Assembly: GCA_033119305.1 (NCBI GenBank)
Contig: VSWD01000002.1
Location: 9,274,974 to 9,338,973 of the forward strand
From: Pinctada imbricata
Lineage: Eukaryota
Reading direction: 5' to 3'
DNA: 64,000 bases
This document shows, piece by piece, positions 58,956 to 64,000 of this stretch; the stretch's first letter is position 1, and every line of letters begins with the position of its first letter. Under the pieces are notes generated by a model. It made no database searches and was not told the DNA's origin. It saw only the letters and a list, made by a program, of their open reading frames with translations. The position numbers were made by a program, and so were the translations under genes.

Positions 58956-59823
58956 GGCATGGTCCATTTGATATTCAGGGGGGGGGGGGGGGGGGCTTGG
59001 GTTTTTTGTCGGAGCAAAATTATTTTTTTCGCCCCGGACCGGAGCAAAATTATTTTTTTCTGGCAAAGTTGGAGCAAGGAAATTTTTTTTTTTAAAAGTG
59101 ATGCGCATATTAACAATGTTTGTGTTTTATCAATACTAGAAATTATTTATATTTTTACTCAAAACTCTAAATATTAATATATTAGTTTATTTTTATGCAA
59201 GTATTCATGCAATTCACTTTTAAACAGAGAGATAAAAGATTTTTACAATACAATTCTCAATATTTTATATAAGGTACATGTATATATCATGTATAAGAGG
59301 GTCTGAGGGGAAGGTCTCCTAGACAATTTTTCAAATGTAACTAAGAATTGTAAATTGGTGAATAACTGAAGTTCTCCTTCCAAGCTTACATGAACACGAC
59401 TCTATGGGATACATGCAACATGTATTAACAGCAATATACATCAATATTGATAATATATTGAAGCTTTTAAGGAAGCCCTTTTTCATTCACATACACGTAT
59501 AACTTTTGATATCTTCAAATATTTGAACTTAAAATGCTATTAGCGAATACTGTTTTGATAGAAAACTATGGCGAGCGAAGCGAGCCAAAAATTTTTGATA
59601 CAATTTTGAAAACCGCGGCGAGCGAAGCGAGCCGGAAAATTTTCAAGAATTTTAGCGAAATTTCATGGTTAATTCTTCAGATTCAGATTATTTGTAAGAG
59701 CAAGATTATTTTTTTCTGTCACATCATAAGCAAATTTATTTTTTTCATCAAAATTGAGAGCAAAATTATTTTTTTCGAAAAAAACCCAAGCCCCCCCCCC
59801 CAGAATATCAAATGGACCGTGCC
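58956..59823. mobile_element. Foldback-like element with about 70-bp TIRs (GGCATGGTCCATTTGATATTCAGGGGGGG...GCTTGGGTTTTTTGTCGGAGCAAAATTATTTTTTTCG) and internal GGCGAGCGAAGCGAGCC repeats
   Basis: The 5' arm 58956-59030 and 3' arm 59750-59823 are reverse complements with 2 mismatches in the first 25 bp. The cgagcgaagcgagcc motif also occurs at 1745-1765, 60095-60115, 60355-60375 and 60462-60478. Confidence 0.7.
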
Positions 59824-59902
59824 TTACCTATATATTCTTTAAGAAGAAACACCAAGGAACGGGGAAATAAACAAAATATGTTGTCATAAGCAATTACATA
59901 TG

Positions 59903-60745
59903 CAGTGGCGGATCCAGTACCCCCTTTGCCGGGGGTCGTGGGGCGAATTTTGTCGATTTTTACTGAAAATGACATGCGCGGATCCAGAGGGGGGACCGGG
60001 GGTCTGGACCCCCTGATTTTCGGAGATGGGTCCAGCTTTGGCCCATTTCTAATTGAAAGGGGTCTAAAATTCATAAATAGGCTTTGAAACCTAATATTTC
60101 GACTCGCTTCGCTCGCCATTTACAAATACACAATTACTTTCTCTGCAAATTCCTTAATCATTTTCAATTTTTATACTAAATAATCTTGGGTCTCATGAAC
60201 TCGTATTTTCAACAGTCCCTTACTTCATAGGATGTAACCTTCCTCATATTTTTCAAGGTTTTGTCATTTTAAGATGTCAGATTATTTGGGAAAATGACTT
60301 ATCCATTTATTCTCATGAAATATGGACAAAACGTTAATTAATCAAAATTTTCGCGGCTCGCTCCGCTCGCCGATATAGGGAGTAAAATATTCAATGTTAT
60401 AAATGACCATCTCGATCGAACCAAGACACATTAATATTTCATATCTAAAAAATGTTCAGACTCGCTTCGCTCGCCAATTCTTCATAAAAATAAACATGAA
60501 AGGAATGCAAACCATACCCGCCCTCAAAAATCAATATTAAGTGCACATGTTGCCCTCCTCCCCATGATGTGCACCGAAATATGCCTATCATAGGTAGACT
60601 TCCTACAATTTAGGACCCCCTCTGACCAAGAATGCTGGATCCGCCCATGAAATGTGCCAAAATATAGGGATTTTTGGAAAATTTTGGGTCAGTACCGGGG
60701 GTGGCAGACGCCCCCTCCGCATCCCCTGAATCCGCCACTGATATG
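59903..60745. mobile_element. TIR element with termini CAGTGGCGGATCCAG... / ...CTGAATCCGCCACTG; member of an interspersed family sharing ...(t/g)(a/g)gatccgcccatg ends (other fragments at 20136-20210, 20290-20305, 21160-21185, 21700-21725, 55690-55720, 60625-60650, 62178-62200)
   Basis: Inverted termini read directly; family copy number from visual matching only. Confidence 0.45.
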
Positions 60746-61259
60746 TCAAATGCGAATTCCGTTCTTCTCACAGACAAGCTTTCAAAGTTTTTGATGACAG
60801 ACAGACGGACGGACAGATGGACTGACATAGTGATTACTACAGGGTGCCATTTGGCAGGTGCCCTAAATATGTCGCATCCTTTGTAGGAGACAGATATATC
60901 TGTCAGTATAACATCTACACTGAGTCGATGGAATGTAATGTTACATTACTATCGTCAAGTTCCCTTCTATCTTAACCTTTGTACAACACCGGTTTCCTTG
61001 CCTCAAACCACGCTATACTAAACGTATCCTAACGCAAACGAGCTTGTTTTGGTCATTGAACACCCCCCTCTCCGCGAAAATAACCACGTTAACTTTGCAA
61101 ATTATTCTTCTACTTCTTTTGTTACTTCCGTGTTATCCTTCCTTCAAAGGGAAATGGAAGATAAAGACATGACTGGTGTTTTAAAGATATATCTATGCAA
61201 GGAAACGGTTTTATTAAAAAATGTCTCGAACATGTCGAAACCAAATGAGGGACGGACGC

Positions 61260-61745
61260 CAGTAGTCCGACTTGTAGACCTTCGACGGTGTTATCTGTTT
61301 TTTCGTCTTCGGTCTGACTGCTATGCATAGGCAAAACTTGAGAATTTCTGTGCGAAAAAATTTCAGCAAGTCGTCCTTCTTTTTGACAAATTCCGGTCTG
61401 CTCAACCAAATAATAACTCACCCAGTCCTCCTGCCCCTAAATAGTACCCTCAAAGCATGGTTTCACCCCTTCTTCTCTTCCGATTTTCCTCTGATCAACA
61501 ACATTTTGTCATATGCACAGAGGTGAAACCAGGCCTAGAGGGGATTTTTTAGGTGCAGGAAGACTGGATGACTTATTTTTTGGTTGAAGAGACCGGAATT
61601 TGTCAAAAAACAGGAAGACTCGCCAAATTTTTTTCGCACAGAAATTCTCAAGTTTTGCCTATGCATAGCAGTCAGACCGAAGACGAAAAAACAGATAACA
61701 CCGTCGTAGGTCTGCAAGTCGGACTAGGACGCCAGACGAACGGAT
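61260..61745. repeat. Long inverted duplication (about 170-190 bp arms separated by about 120 bp) followed by a (GACR)n tail at 61725-61760
   Basis: The ORFs 61122-61421 (-) and 61553-61747 (+) encode near-identical peptides (GICQK.GRLA..FSHRNSQVLPMHSSQTEDEKTDNTV.GLQVGL), showing the two arms are reverse complements. Confidence 0.75.
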
Positions 61746-64000
61746 AGATGGACATGGACGGCATGGCAATGCTTTTTTGACAGCATAAGGACAGTATCAT
61801 TCAGAAAGAGCTTTGTTTACATAATTTAGACAGCTCGTCCTAACGGACATGTTCCATTTGAAGCCAGTTGCAACCCCCCCCCCCCCCCCAGGCCATCTCC
61901 TCGTATTCAAATATGCCTGTACCCCATTCTCCTTTCTTTGGACCCCTTCGTCTTCGTTTCTCAAATACTAACTAGTAATCTATACCCTATTTACATATTT
62001 CATTTATCCATAATCAATGAATCCTATCGCAAAAAGACGCAAATATGGTAATTTACCCCGTAGACCTACCAACTGAACAACATCGCAGATGTAATTTGAC
62101 CTTGACCACGTTAAATACATGTTACAGTAAATATGACGAGACAAATGACTTTTTGATTAATATCTGTAATATGTATACAGGCGCAGATCCAGGGAATTTC
62201 TTGTAGGAAAAGTCTGTAAATTTTTTTTCCGAAAATAGAAGAAAATCCCCTACATGGAATAAACAGAACGATTTATAGTTTATATATAGGAATAAAGTAT
62301 TCTGTATATGTATAAATCGGGGTTTTAGCGAAATTCTAATGCATGGCCACCTCGAACCCTCCGCCCCCCTCTTCCTCTCTCTTCAGGGGCGTGTACAGGA
62401 TTTTCAGTTAGAGGGCCCTTGCCAAATAACAACAATGACAGTCGTTCAATGTCAACCAAAGCCACACTTTACCACTGTCCTCCAATGGTTCTAATGGTGA
62501 GAGAGATGGGGAAGGGGGCGCTGTATTGAGGACTGGAAAAGGTTTTTGTGGGGAGGGACGGGGAGGGGATGTTGAGACGATATATACATGAATTGATATA
62601 GATCATCAGATGGCACTTTTTCTCAGAATGCCGTTTCATTTGATTGAATAATTTTGCCAACTTTTCACTCACTCCCAATTGAACAATGTACAACTGAAAG
62701 GGATTTTAAGGATTCCTAAAACTCAGCTGACCGAAAAATAAATACTCTCGGACGGCTGTCATTTATTTTCCAGTCATCTGACCTTATCTAGCTAAAAGCA
62801 ATGTACAATTTATAAAGGTACAATTCATATTATACGACTGACACTTGACAAAAGGACAGGAAGGAACGCATGTACAATGATACAATAACACCCTTCTTAG
62901 ATCATCCGGGTTACGTAATGTTCCTTTCTATTTACGATGTAACGTTACAGGACCCCTGGGGAATGCTCTGTATATGGACACATTTTTATATCACTATTTT
63001 AGAGAGGGTACTTAAACAGATGTTTGCCTTCTTGATGATTTAATCACACTATCAGAACCCCATACACACTACCCACCTTTAATAAGTTCCCACCTAATAC
63101 TTTTCTCTTGTTTTCAAAAGAGTGAAGATTTTTGTTCCAATGTCTTGAAAATCTAAAGATAAATATCATACTGCTATCAATTCAAGGAAGTTTCACAGCT
63201 AAATCTTTGTTTTGTTCACTTTTGCAACCCCCCCCCCCCCAAATGTCAATTTTTTCACATGAAAAAAATTATAAAAATTTTCTTAATTTTTTTCCATTTG
63301 TATATAAAGATAATGATGCAAACAATACATTTTGAAAATTTGTTCAGAAGTCAGAAAGTTCAGAAGAGAAAATTTGGGATGAATTTTTCATTACATTTCT
63401 AATGTTTATACGACCTGGATACTTATTTATGGTAGGTAGTGTATATAGGGCATTGAATGCTTCATACTGTTCTAGATTTTCTTCCAAAGTGGTCGGGTGG
63501 GTTTGCGTGTATGCACATCGTCTGAAACCCATCAACGATGTGGTGGAACCCTGACCATGCAAGAAATAAGGGGTCATCCTATGATTTGAGAAAATAAACG
63601 TTAATGAGGGTTAATTGGAATTTTTTGTCGTTGTTCATAAATCCAAGAAAAGGGATCATGAACACCCGACCCACCCCTGGATATGTTGAACTAAACTGTC
63701 AATCAAATTTATATGTACAACGTATGTGTACTTTCAATCCAAATTAATGAGTGAAGCCTCCAGGGATTATTGTTATCATATGTGTGTCTGCCTCTGATAC
63801 TGTTTGTCAATCTTTAATATACACACACACGGGTTATATTCCAACACGCGCGGATTTAGATAGTTAGGAATCTTAGGAGTCTATAGTTTTCAAGGAATAA
63901 GGGGAGGGCGGGGCTGACAGTCCTATGTATGATCTTGGAGATGATCCTGGAGAAGGGTGATATCCATTATGGGAGTTTTAGCAATTTACGGTATTTCGGA

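Noticed and set aside
61122-61747. Two ORFs on opposite strands encoding almost the same 60-99 aa peptide
   Set aside because: They are mirror images created by a long inverted duplication. Identical peptides from both strands argue for repeat structure, not a gene.

Overview
This window is eukaryotic (metazoan) nuclear DNA, not a prokaryotic island: coding sequence is split by GT-AG introns with pyrimidine-rich acceptors, and the non-coding sequence is AT-rich with dense minisatellites, satellites, MITEs and retroelement debris. The repeat landscape suggests an invertebrate, possibly a mollusc/bivalve, but that is inference only.

The window has three parts:

- **Positions 1-22,000** are a repeat-rich accessory region. 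It holds reverse-transcriptase fragments of a YIDD-containing retroelement (Penelope-like suspected). It holds about 350-bp tandem units that each carry a canonical type-I hammerhead ribozyme motif (CUGAYGAG ... CGAAAC ... GUC). It also holds a SINE-like family with at least eight copies, a 45-bp minisatellite, a 1.7-kb 46-bp satellite, poly-purine and poly-C tracts, and hairpin MITEs.
- **Positions 22,700-45,510, + strand**, contain a complete Na+/K+-transporting P-type ATPase alpha-subunit gene. I reconstructed 20 coding exons. They sum to 3105 nt (1034 codons plus stop), every splice junction keeps frame, and the protein carries the DKTGT phosphorylation site and the [17 protein letters not shown] motif. 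The gene has a tandemly duplicated, probably mutually exclusive, 114-nt exon pair. Intron 2 is filled with about 30 tandem 83-bp copies of the exon-2/intron-2 junction, each carrying a GTAAGT donor. Intron 7 hosts a TIR-flanked element with a 145-bp satellite built on AGGTCA direct repeats.
- **Positions 53,880-58,812, - strand**, contain at least four exons of a tetraspanin-like gene (TM1-TM2, TM3, start of EC2, and a CCG...CCG exon). Its introns hold MITEs and minisatellites.

The 3' region also has several TIR/foldback elements, some sharing (GACR)n tails, and a tRNA-like SINE head. No CRISPR arrays or prokaryotic defence systems are present.
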